Of a stretch of 64,000 nucleotides of DNA, positions 12,783 to 24,399 are shown piece by piece (position 1 is the first letter of the stretch; each line of letters opens with the position of its first letter). The translations under genes were made by a program, and so were the position numbers. The stretch spans positions 1 through 64,000 of the forward strand of contig RHPI01000984.1 in NCBI GenBank assembly GCA_009103225.1. Direction: 5' to 3'. The DNA comes from Chlorokybus atmophyticus. Lineage: Eukaryota > Plantae > Mesostigma and Chlorokybus algae. The notes beneath the pieces are model-generated. The model searched no databases. It saw only the letters and a list, made by a program, of their open reading frames with translations, and was not told the origin of the DNA.

Positions 12783-15700
12783 ATGGCGCCAGTAGAGACT
12801 GTTGCACATATCACCTGCGACGTTTTCTTGAGCCATAGAGGGCCTGACACTAAGAAGAATTTTGTTGACTATCTTCTCGCCAGTTTCAAAAGAGTTGGAA
12901 TTACCTGCTTTGTAGATGAATTCAGCTTAGACCCCGGGACACCCAACACAGCCTGGGACGTTATCATTGCCCACGCACGATCCGCTCGAATAAAAGTACC
13001 TGTTCTATCTCTTAACTACGGGGAGTCCTGCTACTGCCTTGAAGAGCTGCGCGTCATTACGGCAAATCCAACAAACATCATCATACCTATCTTCTTTGAT
13101 GAAACCGACAAGCTGCAGGCCAGAATCCAGGAAAGCATTCACAGGTGGGTAGATTCTCCTGTACTCCCTAGTCAATCAGGTTTGTTTCATGACCAACTTT
13201 TTGCGTCTTAAGTGCATGCCAGCGCGGTGGAACGCTTTATGTTCAAAAGGAATCTGCATACCACAAGGCGGTGGAGCAAGTGTTTGAGAGAACGGCCATC
13301 AGACTTGATCAAGTCAATGGGTGAGCTCGGTGGTCAGCGTTGATGTGGTCAACGTCTTGGCTGCGGTTGTCAGGCATTGTGTTGTGACATTTACCCTTGA
13401 CTGGCAGGTACACTGGGTCTAGATTGACAGAAGCTGTGGTGAAAGCAGTGCTGGACACGTTAGACCGCCCTGTCTTGGAAATTGCCAAATACCCCGTGGA
13501 TATGGACTTACGCGTTGGGGCTGTACTCAATAAGTTGCGTGCTGCTGAGAGTAAGGTCGTCATGCTGGGTCTTTACGGCATGGGTGGTGTTGGGAAGACT
13601 ACACTTGCAAAGGCGATTTACAACAGGCTGTATAGCGAGTTTGCTGGCAGTGGCTGCTGCTTTGTAGAGGTCGGACCAAAAGAACAAAATGCAACACATT
13701 CCGAGAACGCCAGGCTGGTACAGCTGCAACTGCTCATGCTCAAACAGCTTACTGGGAGTAAAGAATTCAAAAATGACACCAACTCCATCGATGAAGGGAC
13801 GACAAAGTTGCAGAATCACTTGCGAGACATGAAAGTGCTGCTTGTTGTCGATGACATCTGGAGTGACGATCAGAGAGAAGCCCTCCTAGATCCTTTCAAA
13901 CTGGGGGCTTCCAGCCCTGTGCTAGGTACTGGAAGTGTTGTGTTGGTGACCTCTCGTGACCTCAGCTTAGTTGGGGGGCATGAGCAGCATTCGTTGGTGG
14001 AGGAAGTGGCGGGGCTCGATGATCAGCCCGCCAAGAAGCTGTTCTGTCAAAGTGCCTTCAGCTCGGATCAAGTGCCTGGTGAGTTGGAGCGAATTGTAGA
14101 AGAGATCATCTATGCGTGCCAGGGCCTGCCGCTCGCGCTTGACGTTGTGGGTCGCTTTCTGGGCAAGCGCAGGATGAAGGGTGTGCAGTTTTGGGAAGAA
14201 ACACTGCATCAATTGCGAAATGCAGAAGCGCTCACAGGTACTGCGGACGACCGATTGTGGCAAAAGCTCGAGCTCAGCTATAAAGATCTAGCGCCCGATT
14301 ATCAACAATTATTCTTGGACATCTGCTGCTTTGCATTGGGGAAACACAAGGACAATATGCTTGCAGCGTGGGGCCAGGGCACGTCGCTGAAAGTGGATCT
14401 CCTGGTGGAGAGGTCCCTCATTCGCTTGGTACCAAGCACTGATGATGAGTGGCGCGATTGTATGGTCTTTTCAGTACATGACCAGCTCCGAGACATGGGA
14501 CGGATGATTGCCAATCGTACTCCGTTCGAGCACATCCTAACAACCGCTGCAAATAGTATACCTCAGAAGGTGCGATCTCGTGTTCTATTGCATGTCTCAA
14601 GCAGGGGGTCTTTTCTGTAGTGGCACCTTCATCGTATGTCGCGCATGGTCAACTTTGGGGGTTGATGCATGCAATCAGTCGGACTTGCACTCTACAAACT
14701 CGTTACACCATGTATGTTGAGAGCACGTTGCTCGCATATGACATGGTGCTGAATGCAGGACTATGAGTTTGTGGAGACTATGTCTTGTGCTGGTGGCACC
14801 TGGAGGGAGATATCATTTGGCATGCCCTTCATGCCTCGTCTCCGCTTTCTAGACCTTGGCACAACTGATTGGGATGGCACATTTCCAAAGGGAGTCCCTA
14901 AACAGCTGGTCTATCTGGAGTGGGAGGGCCCGCGCCGTTCAGCGTTGAGCACTTTACTGGCTGGTGTTGCGGCGTGCACAAAGTTGGTCCTCCTAAAATG
15001 TCACAAAATTGACCCTCCAGTTCAGCGGCTGGGGACTTTGTGGGGGGCCGAGGTCACGTCGGAGAGGTTAAACCCAAGCGGAAATGTTGACGCTGGGTCA
15101 CTCCTGCGGCTGGAGTCTGTTGGCAAGCTCGCTGCGTTGAAGAGGTTAGACCTAAGCTACTGCTACAGCTTGGTAGCGCTGCCAGAGTCATTTGGCAAGC
15201 TCACTACGCTGCAAGTGCTGGACCTACGTGGTTGCAGGTTGTTAAAGGCGCTCCCAAAGTCTTTCGGCAAACTTGCTGCTCTGCAGACACTGGACCTAGC
15301 TGGGGACATGTATGGCAGCCACTTGAGGGCGCTCCCGGAATCCTTTGGCAAGCTCACCGCCCTGCAGATGCTGAGGCTATGGAAGTGCCACAAGTTGGTG
15401 GCGTTGCCTGAATCGTTTGGTGAGCTTGCTGCTCTGCAAACGCTGGACTTGAGCTGGTGTAGCAGCTTGGTCGCGCTACCGAAGTCTTTCTGCGCGCTCA
15501 CTGACCTGCAGACGTTGGACATGCGACAGTGTGGCAGCTTGATAGCACTGCCGGAGTCCTTTGGAGCGCTCGCCGCATTGCAGATGCTGAACCTGAGCGG
15601 GTGTAGCAGCTTGGCAGCGCTGCCGGAGTCCTTTGGAGAGCTCGCCGCGTTGCAGATTCTGGACCTGAGTTGGTCGCAGTCGTCTCTCCGGCACGACCCA

Positions 15701-16510
15701 AATCATCTTGCAGTTGACTTCTGGAAACTGGATCGGGGCTTGTCTCGCCGCCGCAAATGCAGACTCCAGCAGCGCCATCGTAGCTTGGCGGCGCTCCCGG
15801 AGTCCTTTGGCAAGCTTGCTAATCTGAAGGCATTGGACCTGAGTGGGTGTGGCAGATTGGCAGCGCTGCCAGAGTCGTTCGGCAAGCTCGTAGATCTGCG
15901 GGAATTGGGTCTGAGCAGGTGCCGCAGCTTAGTGGCGTTGCCGGAGTCCTTTGGTAAGCTGGTTGCTTTGCAAAGGCTAAACTTGAGCAGGTGCCACAGC
16001 TTGGCATCGCTACCAGAGTCCTTCGGCGAGCTTGCTCAACTGCAAAGACTAGACTTGAGCAGGTGCCGCAGCTTGGTAGCGCTGCCAGAGTCCTTTGGCA
16101 AGCTCACTGCTCTGCAACAGCTACACCTAACTGGGTGCCCCTGCTTGGCGCTGCCCAAATCCGTCAGCGAGTGGGACGCTGTTGTTTATGCGCAGCAGCA
16201 GCAGCACGATAAGCTTTTGCTCGAGGCGAAAGAGGAAGAGGAGGAGGAGGAGGAGGAAGCGGAGGAGGAGGAAGAGGAGAAGGAGCAGGAGCAGGAGCAG
16301 GAGGAACAGGAGGAGGAGTTTACCTGGATGCAGATATCATTATTGGTATTCCTTTCTGCGTATTGCATTTACAGGCAAATCACCCCCGGGCCCGTGCGTA
16401 TCACCATGAAGGTGATTATCATCATCATCATCATCAAGATGATGATGATGATGATAATGGGGTTGTATGCCACCATCAGGATAAACTTGAGGTTCTTATG
16501 GCATGTGTAG
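12783..16510 (+). CDS. TIR-NB-ARC-LRR (TNL) immune receptor; model join(12783-13144,13213-13320,13408-14569,14759-16510), about 1127 aa
   Basis: TIR motifs are DVFLSHRGPDTKKNFV and YCLEEL (catalytic Glu). NB-ARC motifs are P-loop GMGGVGKTT, Walker B LLVVDDIW, RNBS-B VLVTSRD, GLPLAL, FLDICCF and VHD (MHD). There are 13 regular 24-aa LRRs. Introns are GT-AG with consistent phases, but the exon 1/2 boundary has an alternative solution. Confidence 0.93.
16415..16458. repeat. Inverted microsatellite ATT(ATC)6-AA-(GAT)6AAT
   Basis: Perfect 21-bp stem with a 2-nt loop, read directly. Confidence 0.9.
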
Positions 16511-18197
16511 ATGTGTGAGAAAAGCGCAGGCTTCGCTATCTATATACACTTCTCACCCACCACGTATTGCCTACAGCCCTACCCAGCTAGACAGCATGCA
16601 TAGACCTGTAGAATTGTTTGTATGAGTGTAAGTTGGTGTGAAATCACCGCGAAGGATAGCGGAGGGGTGCAGGCTGGGCTCCTTTAGCGACTGGCAAGCC
16701 CTTATGCTAGTTATACAAGCTAGCAATGCTAGGGGCCATGGTTAGGGCATGCAACGCTATATGCACAGCAACGGCAGTACTCTGCTCCTGCTGTTGCTGA
16801 GCAGCAGGAGCAGCAAGGGGCGGCGGTGTGTCTAGTAAGGGGGAAGCATGCATGCTGTGGTTGCCGTGACCGACGCTCTTTTGGGGTTGTGGCAGAGACG
16901 CCTGGCCTCTTGCTATGCTACTACAGTGCATATCATTGCACCTCACATAGCTTACCGCTTAGCACTAGCCTGGCCCCCCAGCCCCTTGTGTTTAATGTGC
17001 CTGTTTGCGTGTGAACACTGCTGGTCTGTGATGGTACACTTGTGCGCTTGTGGCTGTTGGTGTGCAAGCAAGCATTCTTCTTCATCTATGCATGCACTAC
17101 GTAGTGTATGCATGCGGATTGTCTACAATCCGCAAATACCCGCACAAGACTCTGCCTAAGGCGCCGGTGAGCCACTGACCTGCATCAAAGGCGGCCGCTG
17201 ATCTTGCATATGCGAGACCAAGACTTCCCGCCCGCCGCCTCTACCCCTGCGTACTCCACCGCCAATCAGCATCTGCGTTTGTAGCGCTTCTCCGTTAACA
17301 CCCACAGCCTCACGACACACAATGCATCGAAACAATCTACAGCAAAGCAATTGCAGCAATGTGCGACATAACCTTAATGCATTGCGATGCTAAATAGCAC
17401 TCCGTGTGCGTGCTTGTGTGGTGCGTTGTGGCGTGTGCTGTGCTATGTTGAGCTGCTGTCATCGCGTTGTGTGATGTGACTGATTGTTTTGCATTGTGTG
17501 GTTTTGTAAGAGTGCGGGAGCATTGTTACAACAACATTGTGTCTGCGTCTGTACATCGTTGCATGCCATAGTAGTGCTCAGGTGTTGCATGCGGAGCCTT
17601 GCACATGCGCAGGCACACGCGCCCAGACACACTTACATACAATCATGCGTACATCCCGCTCCCTTCTGTGCAGGTACTGGGGCTTGTGCATGTGTTACTG
17701 GGGTGGGCAGTAGAGTAATTCATATGATACATACATAAGGGAGAGTTTCAGCCCGTTGCTGGCATGCCACTGCACGCAATGGTAAGCCGCGCAACATACG
17801 AATACATGCTGCAACTTGCTTATGCGACATGCATGCGTAAAAGACTTTTTCGAATTCGAAAAATGATGCACCAAGTACCAGGCATGCATGTGCGCTTACA
17901 CACACTGGCAATCATGGATTACGATTATAATGTGAACATTACTATGGCATCCTAGTCCTCCACATGGTCTTGTGGCAGGGGTTTTGTCGTTTGAGACTGT
18001 TTATCATAAACATAATGTCCACTTATTCGCATCCCTTAATAGCCAATTCATCCTCCAAGGTTTGGCTGTGATATATTGGCACATAGCGGCTGAGTAGATT
18101 TACTTTGGGAATGCGCATGAGTATCAACAAACATATAAAGATTTATTCTTATAGGGACATGAAGCGCATCCCCCCCATTCACTGCTATTGTTGGCCA

Positions 18198-18201
18198 NNN
18201 N
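18198..18201. other. Small assembly gap (4 N)
   Basis: Run of N. Confidence 0.99.
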
Positions 18202-18359
18202 CCGCGCCCCCCGCCCCTCTGCATAAGCAGCCATTCTCTACCATTTAGCAATTTCTTATGCAATGCCGCTGCATACAAAACACTACTCGTCCTCATCATA
18301 CATGTAACCATCACCAATGTCCCAAGGCTGCGGATAGAGTGTTTGGGAAACCTCGAGGA

Positions 18360-19023
18360 TGTAACAGCCAAGGCCAGATTTCGTGATTTTCATGGCCATT
18401 TTAGGCCTTATTTGTGAGGTATCATGTTTTTCATGCCTTGTGGCGGATATCGGCGAGTTGCGAGTCTACCGCAGATATCGACCGGCCCAGGGCTAGTCTG
18501 GAAGACGCCAGAAAACGAAGGGCCAGTCGAGAAGAGCTCGACCAGATTTCTGGAAGGGCCTGGCGCCAAGTAGTATAACTTGACCATATGAGCAGCAAAT
18601 AGGAGATCTTTGGTGCGTCGGAAAGGTCTAGTAGTGTACTACAAGATTCTGCAAGATTATCTTAGCTTCTAGTTCCGTCTAGCGCTAGAGTCGTCTAGAC
18701 AGTAGCATGTGCAGACTGGTAGGTAAAAGTGACATTCTACAATTTGCAATACAACCTTTAGCTCCCTAGTTTCTGGTGTGCAAGCTTGGTGGTGGTTAGT
18801 AGGGTTGCTAGCGTGTGTCCACTAGTGTGTGCTTGCTTGTGTGATGATCCAAGGTGCTACACAAATCGGTGTGTAGCCTGGAGCGCATGTGCGTGCGTAC
18901 GCGAGTGACGGCGCGCGTGTGTGCTTGGCAGAGGGGGCAAGGTTCCGGTGTGAATACCGTGCCTTGGTGAGAGGGTTGTTAATTGGACCAACTCACATGT
19001 GACAAGGCACGAGCACCGTCACA
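18360..19023 (+). repeat. 5' LTR of Ty3 copy A
   Basis: TGTAACAG...CCGTCACA; aligns end to end with 33066-33733. Confidence 0.92.
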
Positions 19024-19025
19024 AC

Positions 19026-19037
19026 TGGTAACGGAGC
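19026..19037 (+). promoter_or_regulatory. Primer-binding site TGGTAACGGAGC
   Basis: Starts with TGG (complement of tRNA CCA) 2 nt after the LTR end. Confidence 0.8.
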
Positions 19038-22000
19038 TACGGTTGCGGAGGCGAGTGCGGTAGCGGTTTAAGGGACGAGGCTGCGAATACACTCTACTTG
19101 TGAAGGAAAGGAGGTAAAGATGGAGGATGTCCGTGTTGAGGAGCTTCAAAATGCAGTCTTGGCACTGCGAGAAGAGCTTCATCACATGCAAGCGGCGGCA
19201 CAAGCACAACGCGAGGCGTACAAGCGTGCCATGGCGCATGCACAAGTTCCCACGGCGTCAAGCTCGCGCGTGCATGTGAAGGTGCCAAAGCCAGAGCCAT
19301 TCAAGGGTCAACGTGATGGAGATGTTGTGGACGAGTGGCTCTTCCAAGTGTCATCATTGTTAAAGCTCACGAAGGTACCCGCACACTTACATGTGGAGGT
19401 TGCCGCGACATTGCTTAAAGGTGCAGCACTTGTGTAGTGGAGGCATCGATGTACGCGTGTCGCAAATGGGTTGGCGCTACCATTGACCACCATGGAAGAG
19501 TTGGCAATGGATCTCCAACCTCGATGTCAGGCTTCAATTTGTTCCCGTTGAGAGCGTGAAGGCCGCACGCGACAAACTTGCGGCACTTGTGCAAATGGGG
19601 TCGGTGATGGCGATGGCGACACGGCTGCGTTTCAACGATTGGTGATGTCCATACCCAATATGACCGAGGAGGAGCAGCTGGACAGGTATACACGTGGTTT
19701 AAAACCTTTGGGGCGTAAAGAAAGTGGAGCTACGGGACCCGCAGACACTCGCGGAGGCTATACGCATCGCGGAGCGTCTCGACGCGTTGTACTTGAAGTC
19801 CACCACAAGAAACACTGAGTGGAGGCAAAGGCATTGGATCAGCCCCGGGGAGGCTTTCAACATGCATGGAGACGAGGAGAACCAAGTTTAGCGCTTGCCA
19901 ATGGAGGTGGAGCTGACTCTGGGCCTGCACCAATGGAGGTGGGTGCCATACACACGCGTGGAAGTGAGGCGAAGCACGGCGGCGACGTGGTGAAAGAGGT
20001 AAAGGTGTGCGCAAGTGTTATGCGTATGGGTCGACTGAGCATTTGGCGTACGGATGTCCCAAACAAAGCACGCAAAGGCCAACATCGGATGGCAACCCTC
20101 GTCGTGATCGTCACGTCAACACCATGGAGCAAAATGGCGTGGAGACTTCCCCCAGTAGGTGAGGAGGCTACTGCTGGGGATAGGAAGGAGCCTCATGCAC
20201 GGACGGATGCTGTGACATGTCTATTAAGGAAGCAAGAGGAGATGGCTATGAACGCGCCAACGGTGGTGAGTTATGCAAAAGAGGAGCCAACAAAGTACTT
20301 CGGGCTTCAAGCACACATTTGCGATGACCAAGGACGATGGAGAGAGTGTAAGCTCATGATTGATAACGGTGCCAACAGCAACTTTGTAATTATTGATATT
20401 GCGCGGCGTTACGGTTGGCTTTTGTCATTAGAGGAGGTGAAGTGAAGCTCGCTGATGGAGAGCCACCCTCTGGAGGTAATGGCGATGCGTTCATGACCAA
20501 AGAGTTGTGCAATCGCATTAGGAAGATGAAAGAGAACATGCGATTTTGCTGCATCACCCTACGGAACGGGTTTGACGGGATTTTTGGACTACTGTGGCTA
20601 TGGCAACATAATCCATCCATCAATTGAAGGAAGCGCGTGCTCACCATCAAACGAAATGGTGGAGAGTTCATTCAAGCTGCATCGGACGTCATCGAGGCGC
20701 GGCACGCACAATCAGGTTGTACGACAATTGATCAGATCTCTTATATGCAGTTGGGGAAGTTAATGTCTCCACGGAAGGCAAAGGTTGCATGGTTATGCGT
20801 GGTGCGCGAAAACACTGCAAAGTCAGCACCAGAGCTGATTGACGATGTTAAGACGGCTACGATGGACCCCGAGGTGTGTAAACTTGTTGAAGAATACCAA
20901 TATACCATGGTGGACGGACTTCCATCTGGTTTACCACCTCCACGGAGCGTAGACCACTGTATGGAGCTAATTGAGGGCGTGCACAAGCCACTGCATCAAC
21001 CCGTATACAAGTTGTCACCTTTGGAGCTAGAGGAGGCCGAGAGGCAGGTGGCGGACTTGCTAAAAAGAGGCTACATCAGGCCTAGTACGTCCCCTTATGG
21101 TGCACCTATCTTGTTTGTACGAAAGAAGAACGGGAGCTTGCGCATGTGCGTCGACTACCGAGCTCTCAACAACATCACAAAGAGGAATTGCTTTCTACTC
21201 CCACGTATCGACGAGTTGCTTGAGCAATTGCAAGGTGCGCAGAACTCCACAACACTTGATTTTGCTGATTGTTATCACCAAATCCGCATCACGCCCGGGG
21301 ATGTGGAGAAAACTGCTTTTACCACACATTATGGGCACTACGAGTGGTTGGTTATGTCCTTCGGACTTACGAACGCGCCGGCAACATTTCAAACGCTAAT
21401 GACTAGCGTTTTCGCTGACTTGATTGGTAAGGGAGTCCTCGTGTACCTCGACGACATTTTGGTGTACGCGAAGACAAAGGAGGAGCACGTGGCACTTCTA
21501 CAGCGCGTGTTGCAGCGTTTGCGCGAACACAAGTTGTACGCCCAGCTATAAAAGTGCAAATTCCCCGACCAATGTAAAGGAGGTGATGTCCTTTTTAGGC
21601 CTTGTAGGGTATTATCGCAAGTTTATCATGGGGTTTTCGCGCATAGCTGCTCCCTTGATTGCCCTACTCAAGAAGGGAAAGCCTTGGAGCTGGTCAACAA
21701 CAGAGGAACATGCATTTGCTGCGTTGAAGAAGGCGCTGACGGAGGCACGAGTCCTGGCTCACCCCGACATGGAAAAGACATGTATTTTGGCTTGCGACGC
21801 GTCCGACGCAGCCGTAGGAGCTGTTTTGCAGCAAGACCATGGCAACGGCCTTTCCCCTGTAGCATTTTTCAGCAAGAAGATGAGTGGTGCGGAGCTGAAT
21901 TACCCCGTGCTCGAGAAGGAACTTTTGGCGCAAGTAATGGCGCTACGACAATGGCGTTGTTTTTTGGAAAGCAAAAAGTTCATGCTTGAGACGGATCACT

Positions 22001-24399
22001 CTCCACTGAGGTACTCACAAACACAACCTCATCTGAGTCGCAGACAAGCACGATGGCTGTAGTTCTTTCAACTTTTTGACTTCGATATCAAGTACAAGCC
22101 CGGTACGTTCAATGGTGTTGCTGACGCGCTGAGCCGGCTTAATGCAATTGAGGCACTCGCTCAAGTGCAGCCCGAGTGGACCAACCAGATTCGGCAAGTG
22201 CTTCGTGAAGACACGAAGGGTATGAAAGTGTTGCAAGAGCTGGAAAGTGCAGCCACGGACACAAGTGGGCATTGGTCAATGCGCGACGGGCTGCTATGGC
22301 ACCACGGGCGCTTGTACATCCCCAACGTTGCGCATATTCGTGTGAAGTTGCTGAAGGAAGCTCATGATGTGCCCATTGCTGGTCACCAAGGGTTGGAGAG
22401 GACTTTGGCAAGCTTGAAGCAGCGTTTTTACTGGCTAGAGATGCATTGCAATGTGCGCAATTACGTGGCGTTGTACGACGCATGCCAAAGGGTGAAGGCA
22501 AGCAATTAAAAGCCAGGTGGGTTGCTGCAACCTCCTTCTGTGCCATTGTCCAAGTGGGAGCAAGTTACCATGGACTTTATCACCGGGCTACCAACGACAA
22601 AAGAAGGGTACGACGCTATACTTGTATTCGTCGACAAAACCAGCAAAATGGTGCGCTTGGCACCGTGTGGTGAGTCTTGCACGGCACCGGAGGCAGCGCG
22701 CTTGTTCGTGAAGCATGTGTTTCATTCTCATGGATTACCACGAAGCATTGTTAGTAATCACGACCCGCTTTACAAGTAGGTTTTGGGAGGCGTTTCATAG
22801 TGCACTAGGTACCACATTAAAGTTTAGCACGGCAATCCACCCGCAAACTGATGGGCAAACGGAGCGGGCCAACCGTATAATCGAGGACATGCTGCGTTGC
22901 TATGTTAACGCGCGACAAGACAATTGGGCGGAGCTGCTTGAGTTGGTGGAGTTTGCGATCAACAACCACCACAATGCAAGCACAGGTGTCACTCCTTCCT
23001 TATGAACTACGAGCAACATCCATTGACACCGTTGACGGCATGAACACCGCGACGACATGACGTGCGTGTGGAGGCAGCTAATGACTTCCTCACAAAGTGC
23101 GCGGACATTGATAAGGCAGCTAGGGAGGCGCTATTGGTGGCATAAAACAGGCAGAAGCAATACGCGGACGCGCATCGCCGACACCTCACATTGGAGGAAG
23201 GCGACATTGTGTTACTCTCCGCGAAGCATGTACAGGTGCGTACGGGAGTTTGCAAGCTAAATAAACGCTGGTTGGGACTATTTAAATTCAGCAGAGTTAT
23301 CTCTGACGTGGCGTACAAGCTTGAGCTACCCGACACCATGCGTGTGCACCCTTTTTTCACGTCTCCCTTTTAAAGGCATATGGAGGGCAACCGCCAGAAA
23401 GGCCGCCCCCCGAAGTTGGCACGGATGGTGAACCAGAGTGGGAGGTAGCACACGGAATTTTATCCGCGTACCAGCCCTAGTCCGCACGCACGGACCATGG
23501 CCAAAACGCCAGGACGGCTTGGGGCCCGGACCAGGGTCACCCGCCTTGGTCCGAACGCGGGGACCAAGCCTGGTCAAGAAATGCGGGTTTGTCACGCTTG
23601 GTCGCGGGAGCAGGACCAGCCGTGGCTGCTTTGTCGTCACGTGCGCAGTAGGACCGCTGTTGGTCTCTCATTCATTTTGCTGCATGGACCAAGGGTGGTT
23701 CTCTCCCAGCAAAGTTCTTTCAAGAACATCACCAATATTGGTCCCGAGTAGTCGGACCCGCCTTGGTTTGCACCGTAGGAGCATGCATGGTCCAGACTCG
23801 TGGGACCAAGCGGTAGTTTGCTGTTGGGACCATGCATGGTCCACACCGAGCAACTGCAGCGTACCAGCCAAATTTTGCCGCACTGGTCCATGCTTGCATC
23901 CAAGACCAGCACTGGTGCACGACACCCGCTGGCATCCTGCACTAATGCTGGTCTATGACCCATGCACCAGCATCACACAATTTACAGTAACCAATTCTGT
24001 TATATGGATGGTACGTGTTTGGCAATCAGCCAGACCGTTAACGACAGGCTGCAGATTGATCAAACGGCTATGCGACAGCAGCCTTCTGGTAACTATCTCC
24101 AGCGCTCATACCGTCTAGGACCAAATCAAGCGTATGCTGTGCACACCACGTGATCCAGTCGCTGCAGGCACATGTTCCCTCTGTTCGCACAACCTTGAGC
24201 AGATGTAGACCGCCTGTGAGATGGACAAGTGCACGTCATGTGCGCCAACATCTGTTGTTGTCGTGGACACTGCGCGCACACTATGTGAGCAACACATCAA
24301 TTGAGGAACACAATGTACATTCTCAACAGTGGCAACAATGCAAGATTCCCTCTGGGATACCTATGATCTTGCAAGGTTTCCGTCCCGACTGGCTCCTAG

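Larger units (their letters stand above)
18360..23448 (+). mobile_element. Ty3/Gypsy chromovirus copy A (5' LTR-PBS-gag-PR-RT-RH-INT), truncated in the chromodomain
   Basis: The LTR runs TG..CA (18360-19023). Protein motifs are gag KPEPFKGQRD...EWLFQV, protease [21 protein letters not shown] and YLDDIL, RNase H CDASDAAVGAVL, and integrase HDVPIAGHQG, MDFITGLP and QTERANR. It carries many stops and frameshifts, and an approximately 95-bp deletion at 21562 relative to copy B. It breaks off at EWEV. Confidence 0.95.
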
